A stretch of 64,000 nt of DNA from Gemmatimonadota bacterium (lineage in GTDB: Bacteria; Gemmatimonadota; Gemmatimonadetes; Palauibacterales; Palauibacteraceae), in assembly GCA_963666735.1 (NCBI GenBank), contig OY762926.1, positions 2,304,001 through 2,368,000 of the forward strand, read 5' to 3'. Below are positions 38,390-47,909 of the stretch, in pieces. The translations under genes were made by a program, and so were the position numbers. Numbering within the stretch: the stretch's first letter is position 1; each line of letters begins with the position of its first letter. The notes beneath the pieces are model-generated. The model had not been told where the DNA came from and did no database searches. It saw only the letters and a list, made by a program, of their open reading frames with translations.

Positions 38390-39067
38390 ATGCGGATGAT
38401 GGACGCGCGTTATCTCCGGCTATTCACGGCGGGGGCCCTCGTGGCGGTCGGGTCGGCCGGCTGCGCACCCGAGGGAGACACGGAAGATGTCGACGTCTCC
38501 GAGGCGCCGGTCGAAGAAGCGGCTCAGGTGGTGCTCGGTCCGGTGGACGGACACGACCTGCCCCCGGCGGACCTCGAGCGCGTACTCGCCGGCAGCCCCG
38601 CCCCCGACTTCACCGCCCTTTCGAGCACCGGCGAGCCGATCACGCTCTCCGACTACCGCGGAGAGAAGAACGTCATCCTCTTCTTCTACCGCGGCCACTG
38701 GTGACCGTACTGCGCAAAGCAGCTCGGAGAGCTGCGAGATTTCATGACGCCCGAACAGCGCGAACGGACCGAACTCCTGGCGATCGCCCCGGACAGCCCC
38801 GAGGACATCGGGCTCATGGTCGACCGTGTCCTCGAGGACTACGACTACGCGCTCGACTTCCCGCTCCTGTCCGATGACGGCTCCGCGATCACCCACCGCT
38901 ACGGACTCCTGAACGAGGAGGACGGGCGCGGACGCCAGATCCCGCACCCCACGACCTACGTCATCGACATGGACGGGACGGTGCGCTGGAGCTTCACCGA
39001 AGTGGACTACCGCATCCGCCCGGAGCACGCCGACATCCTGGCCGCACTCGAAGCCCTGGAGCCTTAG
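38390..39067 (+). CDS. Peroxiredoxin-like (AhpC/TSA) lipoprotein, probable selenoprotein (UGA 38702-38704 read as Sec)
   Basis: Two track ORFs are in one frame; FFYRGHW-(TGA)-PYCAKQL gives UxxC; APDFT, FPLLSD, PTTYVID; lipobox SAGC. Confidence 0.88.
38719..38735 (+). promoter_or_regulatory. Candidate bacterial SECIS hairpin
   Basis: GCAGCTC-GGA-GAGCTGC perfect stem starting 15 nt after the UGA, with G-containing apical loop. Confidence 0.7.
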
Positions 39068-39595
39068 GTGCCTCTCGCGGCAACCTGGGCGGTTGTCGTG
39101 CTTATCTGCCCACTTCCTATTTGGGCCCAGGAGACTCCCGAAGCCGTGAGAGTAGATACGCTCACTGGCGGACGAATCGTTGTGTCGAATCCTTCCTCCG
39201 CGGGGGGTGGACACACGATCGAAGGCTGGAGGGTGACCGAGGAACTCCGAATCACATATGTCGTGCGTTTGTCCATGTCGACTGACTACAACGTGCTGGC
39301 GGGCGATACGCTTTTCCTTGAAAGGAGGAAGGTCGAGTTGGACGTGTCGCCGGAAGGGTGGTTGTGGGCGAGACGAGAGGATCAGGGCGACGGTTCGGCA
39401 TGGGATCTTTTCGACAACTGCGGCGCTTATCGCGGCGAAGCCATCACGCCGCTCTCGCTCGCCTCGGTCCGGATCGGTTGGGGCGGCGTGGTACACGGCG
39501 TGGTCTCGGATGCGCTGGATGTTGACTACGTTGTGCGGTTGCGTGTCGATAAGCCGGACGGTTCTGTAACCGCAGCCGCAACCTGCCCCTTCTGA
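39068..39595 (+). pseudogene. Probably internally deleted 6-bladed beta-propeller protein
   Basis: Signal peptide and WRVTEELRI (typical N-terminus) joined almost directly to WDLFD..G and DALDVDYVVRLRV (typical C-terminus); 175 aa against 365-415 aa for the other propellers here. Confidence 0.55.
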
Positions 39596-39708
39596 GGTAC
39601 CTCCAGGGACGAGTTCCGCGCTTCGCCCGCCGGGATTCGTGGCCGCCTTCTGCGACTTGGCGCGGGGCGATGCCGCCGAACGTGACTTGACCGCGACCTA
39701 CCCCCGAG

Positions 39709-40680
39709 CTACGCCGAGGCGTCGCCTTCGAATCGGCAGCGGCCCATCCGGCAGCGAATGCCGGTCAGCTCCTGGCTCAGCCGCTTGAGCCGGGCGCGCG
39801 CCTCGGAATCGTAAGCCTGGGCGTTGGCCCGGGCGGGCGTGAGGCCGCTGAAGTACTGCCCGCTCTCGAAGTCGTCGGAGTCGACCACCTGCATCGTCGC
39901 GTCGGCGCCTTCGGCGATGGTGGCGCGCGGGGTCGCGCCCAGCCGCCGCACCATGCCGGTCGGCATGTAGGTCGCTGGATGGAGTGAGCCGACGACGATC
40001 CCGGTTCCGGCCAAGTCCTCGGCCAGGTCGTGCGTAAACATGATCTGGGCGAGCTTGCTTTGGGCGTAGGCGCGGCGCCCGCTGAAGTTGTTCTCGATCA
40101 TCACGTCGTCGAAATCGATCGGCGCCTGCGCGCCGGACGACACGTTCACGATGCGCGACGGCGTGCTGTCCAGAAGTCGCGGCATCAGCATGTGCGTGAG
40201 CAGGAAGGTGGAAAGGTAGTTCACCTGGAAGCGGTACTCGTGCCCGTCCTCCGTGACCCACCGCTCGTCCGGGGCCGAGCCGAACCCCGCGTTGTTGATG
40301 AGGATGTCCAGCCGGTCGTAGTCGGCCAGCAGTGTCTCGGCGAAGGCGCGGACCTCCGCGAGAGACGCGAAGTCGGCACGGTAGAAGCGGGCGCTGCCCG
40401 GCCCCGCCGCATTGATGGCGTCCACCACCTCCGCCCCCCGCTCCTCGTCGCGCCCGTGGACGATGACGTGATCGCCCCGCGCGCCCAGCCGCAGGGCGAG
40501 TTCCCGGCCGAGGCCGGACGTGGATCCCGTGACCAGGGCCACCTCCTGGCCGGCGGTCGGCGCCGGGGTCTCCTGGGCCGCGACCTCGCGGACGGAAGCG
40601 GGCCATGCGGTCATGACGACGGCGGCGGCCATGGCGGCGGTCTTGCCGGATGCAATGTTCTTGAGTGTCGTGTGGTTCAT
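39709..40680 (-). CDS. SDR-family oxidoreductase with a signal-like N-terminus
   Basis: TGSTSGLG, NNAG, YAQSK. Confidence 0.9.
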   Translation of the reverse strand: MNHTTLKNIASGKTAAMAAAVVMTAWPASVREVAAQETPAPTAGQEVALVTGSTSGLGRELALRLGARGDHVIVHGRDEERGAEVVDAINAAGPGSARFYRADFASLAEVRAFAETLLADYDRLDILINNAGFGSAPDERWVTEDGHEYRFQVNYLSTFLLTHMLMPRLLDSTPSRIVNVSSGAQAPIDFDDVMIENNFSGRRAYAQSKLAQIMFTHDLAEDLAGTGIVVGSLHPATYMPTGMVRRLGATPRATIAEGADATMQVVDSDDFESGQYFSGLTPARANAQAYDSEARARLKRLSQELTGIRCRMGRCRFEGDASA

Positions 40681-40705
40681 GGTGCCATCTTCCCTTCCAG
40701 ACGGG

Positions 40706-42649
40706 TCAGGGGACGAGTTCCTCCTCGACGAGACGCGCGATCCACAGGCCGGAGTGGAGGTCGGAGGTGAAGATCCGGCCCTTGAACAACTGGGCGCCCC
40801 ACGTCATTGACCAGTTGGGCACGGCGCCCTCAGGCGATGACGTCTTGATCGCGCCGATTTCGCGGCCCTGGCGGTAGAGGTCGCCGCGCAGTTCGCCCGA
40901 AATGTCCAGCACCCGCAGCCCCGCCTGGTAGTAGCCGACGTAGAGCCGGTCCCGGTCGTCGCTCCACAGGTTGTGGGCTCCGGCTTCGGGCACGGTGTAG
41001 TGGGCGACCTTCACCGGCTCATCCATATCGGTCATGTCGAGTACCTCGACGAAGCCGCGCGCCTCGATGGGGCCGAGCGCGTTCGGATCCCAGTCCGACG
41101 GATAGATCTCCGCCGCCACGAACAGGTACCTGCCGTGCCGCCAGGCGACGTGCGTGTTCCCCTGCCCGGACACCCACCGCGAGACGAGCTTTGGGTCGCG
41201 GGCCGTGCCGCCGTGCGTCCCGGCGCCCGCATCGAGGATGTAGATGCCCTCGTTCCAGAACGACGCGTAGGCGTACCCGTCCTGGACGATGACGTCGTGC
41301 AGGCTGCGGACCGGTTCATCGTGCACCCAACGGTTGATCTCGCGCGGGTCGGACGGATCGGAGATGTCGAGGATCACGATCTCGCTCGTCCCGTTGTGGC
41401 AGGCGTAGACGAGATCTTCATCTCCCAGGATCCAGACGTTGTGCACGCCCCCCGTCACCGTGTCCGTGTACTCGGAGAGGATCTCCGGATGGGCGGGATT
41501 CGAGAGGTCGAGGAAGACGATCCCGTTCCGCCGGCTCGACGCGCCCTCACGGGTGACGATCCCGAGACGGTTGTTGGGATGGATCTTCACATCGTTGATG
41601 CGGCGGGCGTCGAGCTGGATCGAGTCGGTCAGGACCGGCTGGGCGGGGTCCGTCACATCCCACACCTTCATCCAGTCGTGGAAGAAGGTGCCGAGATAGG
41701 CGTAGTCGCGTCCGTCGACGCCCTCGAACACCCACGTGTCTCCGGCGCGGTGCGTGGAGGTGATCCCGCTTCCGACGAGTTCGAGGCGGGCCGTGTGGCG
41801 GCGGGGCGCGACCCGCACGGCCACCGTCCGCGCGATGGCCGGGCCCGCGATCGCGGTCACGTGGTACGTACCCGGCTCCTCCGCGACGAAGAGTCCGCGT
41901 CCGTCGACGGGTTCGACGCTCGCCCCGCCCGGCGTGACGCTCCACAGCGGCGCCAGGGCGATGTCCCCCCCGGCCCCGTCGCGGCCGAGCAGCCGAAACG
42001 CCGCGACATCTCCCGTCGAGAGCGAGCTTACATCCCCGGAGGGCACCAGCTCGTAGTTCTCGGCCGGGTTGGGCTGGACCCTGACTTCGACCTCCGTCGC
42101 GGCCGCTCCCGCGGAGACGGTCAGTACGGTCTGCCCCGGCCCGTGGCCGAGGACGCGCCCGGCGTTGTCCACCGTCGCGACCGCGGGATCGGCCGAGGCG
42201 AACTCGAACTCGATGTCCTCCACGGCACCGCCCAACGCCGTGTAGGCGCCGATTTCGAGGGCGGCAGTCGCGCCCGCGTAGACGGGGCCGGCGACGCGGG
42301 CCTCGATCCGGTCGGCCTCGAGGCGGGCGACGAGGATCCGGACCCAGCTCGGCTCGCCGCGGAACATCGCCGCCACGCGAGATTCGCCCGGCCGGACCGC
42401 CGTCACGATGCCCTCGGCCGTCACGGTCACGCCGTCGTCGGCCGCGAACCAGCGCACCTCCGAGGCGGCGGCTTCTTCCGCGGTGCCCTGGATCTCCGCG
42501 CTGAGCTGGAAGGACATTCCGACCTCGAGTTCCAGTTCAGCCGGTGAGGCCACCGCGTATACCCGCTCCTGGGCGGTGAGGGCCGGCGGGCCGGAGACCG
42601 CGGCGCACGCGGCGAAGACGGTGGCGAGACGTGCAGAGCGGAGCGACAT
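40706..42649 (-). CDS. Secreted Ig-like (Big_2) plus LVIVD beta-propeller protein
   Basis: GGAGG RBS; signal peptide; SADPAVATVD Ig motif; WDVTDPAQP, LDLSNPAHP, LDISDPSDP blades. Confidence 0.8.
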   Translation of the reverse strand: MSLRSARLATVFAACAAVSGPPALTAQERVYAVASPAELELEVGMSFQLSAEIQGTAEEAAASEVRWFAADDGVTVTAEGIVTAVRPGESRVAAMFRGEPSWVRILVARLEADRIEARVAGPVYAGATAALEIGAYTALGGAVEDIEFEFASADPAVATVDNAGRVLGHGPGQTVLTVSAGAAATEVEVRVQPNPAENYELVPSGDVSSLSTGDVAAFRLLGRDGAGGDIALAPLWSVTPGGASVEPVDGRGLFVAEEPGTYHVTAIAGPAIARTVAVRVAPRRHTARLELVGSGITSTHRAGDTWVFEGVDGRDYAYLGTFFHDWMKVWDVTDPAQPVLTDSIQLDARRINDVKIHPNNRLGIVTREGASSRRNGIVFLDLSNPAHPEILSEYTDTVTGGVHNVWILGDEDLVYACHNGTSEIVILDISDPSDPREINRWVHDEPVRSLHDVIVQDGYAYASFWNEGIYILDAGAGTHGGTARDPKLVSRWVSGQGNTHVAWRHGRYLFVAAEIYPSDWDPNALGPIEARGFVEVLDMTDMDEPVKVAHYTVPEAGAHNLWSDDRDRLYVGYYQAGLRVLDISGELRGDLYRQGREIGAIKTSSPEGAVPNWSMTWGAQLFKGRIFTSDLHSGLWIARLVEEELVP

Positions 42650-42766
42650 CGTAATCCTCCGTGTACGGATGCGATTCGACGGACTCGAAAGCTCGGTGCG
42701 ACGGACGCGGGCGGCAACAACCCGCGTGGTTGACCCGGCCCCGGCGGCGTGGGAGCTTCGGCCTCC

Positions 42767-45700
42767 ATGGAGACGCTCGACGCCGGATACGCTGCCGGGA
42801 GGCCTTCTTTTTCGGAGGAAGCGGCGGCGCGGCTCGTCCGGACACACTGGGGTGTGGACGGGACGGCCCGCGAATGCGCCAGCGAGCGAGACCGGGTGTT
42901 CGAGATCTCCGACCGGGCCTTGGACGGGACTGCGGAGGGAGGCCCCGATGGCTCCGGGGTCCGCGGTTACCTGAAGGTCTCGAACCTGCTCGAAGACCGC
43001 GCCGCCCTCGAGGAGGAAGCGGCCATGCTCGAGACTCTTTCGGAGTCCCAGGCCTGCTTCGCGCTTCCGCAGTGGCGCCCCACCGCGAAGGGCCCGGAGG
43101 CGGAGGCCTCCGCGGACACATTGACCGGTGGGCGCCTTATCGAACACGCGATCGGCGGGCGCGCCCACTTCGCCCGGTTCCTCGAGCCGGTTCCGGGCAC
43201 TCCACTGGACCGCTTCCGGCCGCACGGACCCGAACTGCGCAGACAGATCGGACGCCTCGCGGGGATCCTCGACCGTTCCTCGTCGGAGGTGTCGGGCGCG
43301 GACCGCCCGATGATCTGGGACCTTCGCGGTGCCGCCTCGCTCATCGCGGAGCACCTGGGCGCGATCCGCGAACCGGGGCGGCGTGAGGTCCTCGCCCGCG
43401 TCCTCGAGCGACACGCCGCGGTCGTGCGGCCGCGGGCGAGCGAGTTGCGCGAGAGCCTGATCTACAACGACGCGAACCCGGCCAACATCCATGTGGACCC
43501 CGGACGCATGAAGAACGGAGCGCCCCACATGGTGGGCGTCGTGGACTTCGGGGACGTGATTCGGTCGTGGACGGTGGCGAACCTCGCCGTCGCCTGCGCC
43601 TACGCCGGGTTCGGAACTCGCGATCCCGTAGCCGCTTTCTGCGACGTGGCGCGCGGGTGCGTCGCGGAGCACGACGTTACGGAAGCAGAGGCGGACGTCC
43701 TGTATGAACTTGCCCGCCTGCGTCTCGCGCTCAGCGTGACGGTGTCGTCGGTCCGCGGCGCCCAGGAGCCGGACAACGAGTACCTGCTCGTGAGCCAGGC
43801 TCCCGCCTGGAAGGTGCTCGAACATCTGGACGCAACGCCCGCGGAGCTGGGGCGCTACCGGCTGCGGGAGGCCTGCGGACACGCGCCCTGTCCCTCCACC
43901 GCCCGGGTCGTCGCGGCACTCGAACGCGCCGCCCCGGGCGCCGCGCCGGTGCTGGATCCGGATCCGCGCGCGGTACCCACCGTCACGCTCGACCTGAGCG
44001 TCGAGTCGGGGGACGATGGCGGGACGTTCGACCCAACGGATCACGCGCAGTTCTCGCAACGGCTGTTCGACCGGATGCGGGACGCGGGTGCGGAGATCGG
44101 CATCGGACGCTACGACGAGGTGCGGTGGTGGTACACGGGCGAGGCCTTCCGCGCGCCGGGAAACGAGATGGACGAGTGGCGCAGCGTGCACCTCGGCGTC
44201 GACCTGTTCGCGGAGCCGGGGACGCCCGTCCACGCGCCGCTCGGGGGTCGCGCCGTGTCCGCGCATGACAACGCCGACCGCCTGGACTACGGCCCCACGA
44301 TCATCCTGGAGCACGAACTGGAGGACCCGGCGGGCAAGACGGAGGGACTCGTCCGGTTTCGAACGTTGTTCGGGCATCTGTCACCCGAATCTCTCCCAGC
44401 GGTCGCGCCCGGCGAGGCCGTGGAACCCGGCCGGACCATCGGCTGGATCGGGGCCCCGCCGCAGAACGGCGACTGGGCGCCGCACCTTCACTTCCAGATC
44501 TTCGTCGATCCGCTCGACTACGACGGGACCTTCCCCGGCGTGGCCGCCCCGAGCGCGCGCGCTGTCTGGACGGCGGTGAGCCCCGACCCGAACCACCTGC
44601 TGCGGCTGCAGGGCGAGGCGACGGCACCAAGGCCTCGCGACCGCGCCGCGCTGATCGAGGACCGGAACCGGCGGCTCGGCCCTTCGCTGAGTCTCTCCTA
44701 CGGGAGACCCCTCCACATCGTGCGGGGGCGCGGAAGCCGGCTCTACGATTCCGAGGGACAGCCCTTCCTCGACTGCGTGAACAACGTCGCTCACGTTGGA
44801 CACGCGCACCCGCGCGTGAACGAGGCGGCGCGCCGGCAGATGGCCGCGCTCAACACCAATACGCGCTACCTGCACGAGGCCATCCTCGAGTACACGGAGC
44901 GGCTGACGGCCCTCTTCCCGAGCCCGCTCGATGTGTGCTTCCTCGTCTGCTCCGGCACCGAGGCCAACGAACTCGCCCTGCGCATGGCGCGCACGCACAC
45001 CGGCAAGGTGGGCGCGGTCGTCCTCGACGGGGCCTACCACGGGAACTCCAGTTCGGTCGTCAACCTGAGCCCCTACAAGTTCAACGGCCCCGGCGGGAAA
45101 GGGCTCCGGCCCTGGGTCCGCATGGCGCCCATGCCGGACCTCTTCCGGGGGATCCACCGTGGGCCGGAACGCGAGGTGGCGCCCCTGTACGCGGCGTACG
45201 TCGGGGAGGCGGCGCGGGCGCTCGAAACGGAACCCACCTGGTTCGGGGACCGCCCACCCGGCGCGGCCGCCTTCTTCCACGAATCGATCCTCAGTTGCGG
45301 GGGGCAGATCCCGCTCCCGGCCGGATACCTCGCGGCTTCCTACGCCGGAGCCCGCGAGCAGGGCGCCGTGTGCGTGGCCGATGAGGTGCAGGTCGGCTTC
45401 GGCCGCGTGGGGTCGCACTTCTGGGCGTTCGAGGAGCACGGCGTCGTCCCCGACATCGTGACCCTCGGCAAGCCGATCGGGAATGGGCACCCCCTCGCCG
45501 CGGTGGTCACGACGCGCGAGATCGCCGAGTCCTTCGCCAACGGGATGGAGTACTTCAACACCTACGGCGGGAACCCCGTCGCGTGCGCCATCGGCCTCGC
45601 CGTCCTGGACGTGATCGAGGAGGAAGGTCTACAGGAGAACGCGGCGAACGTCGGAAAGCGCCTTCTGGAGGGTCTCGAATGCGTCCGCGACCGTCACGCC

Positions 45701-45958
45701 CCGGTGGGGGACGCCCGCGGCCGCGGCCTGTTCACGGGCATCGAGTTCGTGCGGGAGGGAGACGATATCGAGCCGGCGGCGGATCTCGCGGACGCGGCGG
45801 TCCAGCGCATGCGCGACCGCGGCATTCTGCTCAGCACGGACGGCCCGGACCACAACGTGATCAAGATGAAGCCGCCGCTCGTCTTCTCCCAAGCCGACGC
45901 GGATCTGCTGATCTCCAACCTCGACGAGATCCTCTCGGAGACCGCCTTCCTGCGCTGA
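42767..45958 (+). CDS. Fusion of APH-type kinase, M23-like domain and class III aminotransferase/phospho-lyase (hydroxylysine kinase/phospholyase-like)
   Basis: YNDANPANI and DFGD (kinase); HLGVD and HLHFQ (M23); [32 protein letters not shown] (PLP). Confidence 0.88.
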   Translation: METLDAGYAAGRPSFSEEAAARLVRTHWGVDGTARECASERDRVFEISDRALDGTAEGGPDGSGVRGYLKVSNLLEDRAALEEEAAMLETLSESQACFALPQWRPTAKGPEAEASADTLTGGRLIEHAIGGRAHFARFLEPVPGTPLDRFRPHGPELRRQIGRLAGILDRSSSEVSGADRPMIWDLRGAASLIAEHLGAIREPGRREVLARVLERHAAVVRPRASELRESLIYNDANPANIHVDPGRMKNGAPHMVGVVDFGDVIRSWTVANLAVACAYAGFGTRDPVAAFCDVARGCVAEHDVTEAEADVLYELARLRLALSVTVSSVRGAQEPDNEYLLVSQAPAWKVLEHLDATPAELGRYRLREACGHAPCPSTARVVAALERAAPGAAPVLDPDPRAVPTVTLDLSVESGDDGGTFDPTDHAQFSQRLFDRMRDAGAEIGIGRYDEVRWWYTGEAFRAPGNEMDEWRSVHLGVDLFAEPGTPVHAPLGGRAVSAHDNADRLDYGPTIILEHELEDPAGKTEGLVRFRTLFGHLSPESLPAVAPGEAVEPGRTIGWIGAPPQNGDWAPHLHFQIFVDPLDYDGTFPGVAAPSARAVWTAVSPDPNHLLRLQGEATAPRPRDRAALIEDRNRRLGPSLSLSYGRPLHIVRGRGSRLYDSEGQPFLDCVNNVAHVGHAHPRVNEAARRQMAALNTNTRYLHEAILEYTERLTALFPSPLDVCFLVCSGTEANELALRMARTHTGKVGAVVLDGAYHGNSSSVVNLSPYKFNGPGGKGLRPWVRMAPMPDLFRGIHRGPEREVAPLYAAYVGEAARALETEPTWFGDRPPGAAAFFHESILSCGGQIPLPAGYLAASYAGAREQGAVCVADEVQVGFGRVGSHFWAFEEHGVVPDIVTLGKPIGNGHPLAAVVTTREIAESFANGMEYFNTYGGNPVACAIGLAVLDVIEEEGLQENAANVGKRLLEGLECVRDRHAPVGDARGRGLFTGIEFVREGDDIEPAADLADAAVQRMRDRGILLSTDGPDHNVIKMKPPLVFSQADADLLISNLDEILSETAFLR

Positions 45959-46002
45959 CCCGCCCCGTTGCACACCGAATCCGTGGCCGAACAGCCAGGG
46001 CG

Positions 46003-47172
46003 TCAGGCCGGAAGTTGCTGCAGGAAGTCCTCGAGCGGGAGCACCTCGACGCCGTCGAGCCGCTGAGGGCGCTCCCCCAGGAACACGACGATTCTGCGGG
46101 CGACGCGGTCGCAGCGGCCGGCGAGCGACGACAGGCCGCTCACCATGCGCCGGCTCACTCGTCGCCCCGCCTTGACCTCGATCCCCCACACTTCACGTCC
46201 GACCTCCAGGACAAAATCCACTTCGGCGCCGTGCCGGGTCCGGTAGTGATAGAGCGCGGCCTCCGGCCAGAGCGTCCCCAGCCTTCTGTACAACTCGCAG
46301 CCGACCAGATGTTCGAGGAGGACGCCGCGCTCGTCGGCGAGCGGCGCATCCAGCGGCCGCCGCAGCAACGCGTTGCGCACTCCCAGGTCGAAGAAGAAGA
46401 GCTTTGCGTGCCGGACGAGATTCGCGCGGCTCGACCCGCGCAACCCGCTCCATGCCGGCACCCGGAACATCACGAGCGTGTCTTCCAGGACCTCGACGTA
46501 CCGCCGGGTCGTTTCGTACCCGAGACCCGCGTCCCGGCACAGCGCCTGCACGTTGAGGATGCGGCCCGACGCAGCGGCCATCAGGTCCAGCAGCCGGGCA
46601 AAGCCGCCGATGTTCCGTACCAGGGCTTCCGCCTGGATTTCCTCCCGGAGATAGGTGTCCGTGTAGCTTCGCAGGTCGGCGGCGCGAGTCGCGGGATCGT
46701 CTTCCGAGTAGATGCCGGGCAGCGTCCCGTGCGCGAGCACACGGTCGAGATCGAAATCCCGTCCGAGTTCCGCGGCGAGAAGCGGGTGCAGGTGATGCAC
46801 ATGGACGCGGCCCGGAAGGAGGTTCGCCTGCCCGCGACGAAGTTTGCGCGCGCTCGATCCCGAGAGCAGGAAGCGGAAGCGGTCGGGCCGGTCGTCGATG
46901 CAGACCTGCACGACATCGAGCAGAGCGGGTACTCGCTGCACCTCGTCGAGGAAGACCGTCTTCACTGCCGGGGGCGCCGCATCGAGTTCACGGCGCAACC
47001 GCTCGGGGTGCGCCGCGTAATCCCGGAAGGTTCGCGGGTCCGCGAGGTTCAGGGAATGGTCAGGGCCGAGCGCGGACAGAAGGGTAGACTTCCCCACCTG
47101 TCGCGGCCCCAGCACGAGCGCGCTGCGACGACGCGTAGACTGCAGATACGGAAACAACATTCTTGTGTACAT
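46003..47172 (-). CDS. AAA_14 ATPase with DUF4143 domain
   Basis: GPRQVGKS, FLDEVQ, LSGSS, KLFFFDLGV, EVDFV..IEVK. Confidence 0.93.
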   Translation of the reverse strand: MYTRMLFPYLQSTRRRSALVLGPRQVGKSTLLSALGPDHSLNLADPRTFRDYAAHPERLRRELDAAPPAVKTVFLDEVQRVPALLDVVQVCIDDRPDRFRFLLSGSSARKLRRGQANLLPGRVHVHHLHPLLAAELGRDFDLDRVLAHGTLPGIYSEDDPATRAADLRSYTDTYLREEIQAEALVRNIGGFARLLDLMAAASGRILNVQALCRDAGLGYETTRRYVEVLEDTLVMFRVPAWSGLRGSSRANLVRHAKLFFFDLGVRNALLRRPLDAPLADERGVLLEHLVGCELYRRLGTLWPEAALYHYRTRHGAEVDFVLEVGREVWGIEVKAGRRVSRRMVSGLSSLAGRCDRVARRIVVFLGERPQRLDGVEVLPLEDFLQQLPA

Positions 47173-47203
47173 GTGGGTAAAATAGCCGCCATTCTACCCA
47201 CAT
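47171..47203. promoter_or_regulatory. Inverted repeat overlapping the ATPase start
   Basis: ATGTGGGTAAAAT-N7-ATTCTACCCACAT, 12 of 13 positions paired. Confidence 0.65.
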
Positions 47204-47375
47204 ACAAGCGCCGATAGCCGTGTCAGCGGCGCCAGTCGCGGCTCCGAGCGTCCGCACGCCACTCGTCGTCATCGACTTCCACGCGGACGGTCCCCTTGAG
47301 GTGACGGATCCGGTCGCCGAGCGGCCGGTCCGCCAACGCCTCGCGAAGAATCTCACAGGGCGGGGGGGGGTTCGT

Positions 47376-47699
47376 TCAGAAAGCGATCTCCCTGAGGCGC
47401 TCGGCTATGTAGGCATTCATCGAGAGCCGATGGCTGCTGGCGTTGGTCGCGAGTTTGCGATGCACTTCCGGATCGATCCTTATGAGAACCCGGCCCGAAT
47501 AGGGCTTGCTGGGCTCTCTCCCCTTTTCCTCACAGAATTCCAGGTAGTCGTCCACCGCGCGTCGCATGGACTCCTTCAACTCCGACACCGACCTGCCCTC
47601 GAAGTTGATCCCGTCTCGCGTGTCGATGACTCGGCCCGAAAAAAACTCGTAGTCTTCATCGTACTCGAAGACACCGGTGTATCCCTTGTACTCGATCAT
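47376..47699 (-). CDS. hicB: HicB-family antitoxin
   Basis: MIEYKGYTG..FSGRV..AVDDYLEFC..KPYSG..RIDPEVH. Confidence 0.93.
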   Translation of the reverse strand: MIEYKGYTGVFEYDEDYEFFSGRVIDTRDGINFEGRSVSELKESMRRAVDDYLEFCEEKGREPSKPYSGRVLIRIDPEVHRKLATNASSHRLSMNAYIAERLREIAF

Positions 47700-47909
47700 G
47701 GCGCGACTCCCGCCCGTTCCAGGGAGCTACGCATCCGCTTTACGAGTCCCCTGCCGCACTCCGGACGCGGATGCGGCCGGTGTACGGTCTCGATCTCTCC
47801 GTTCAACTCAACGATTACCGAAGAGCCGCGCCGTTCGTGGATCTCGGCACCCAGGCTCCGAAACATGGCTTCCGATATCATGCGGCAAGCGGCGCGGAGC
47901 GGCTTTGGC
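47696..47909 (-). pseudogene. hicA: HicA toxin, 5'-truncated and frameshifted
   Basis: C-terminal LGAEIHERRGS..HRPHP intact; upstream ..HDI lies in another frame (GAT ATC G GAA GCC ATG); N-terminal residues missing up to the stop of the upstream gene. Confidence 0.7.
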
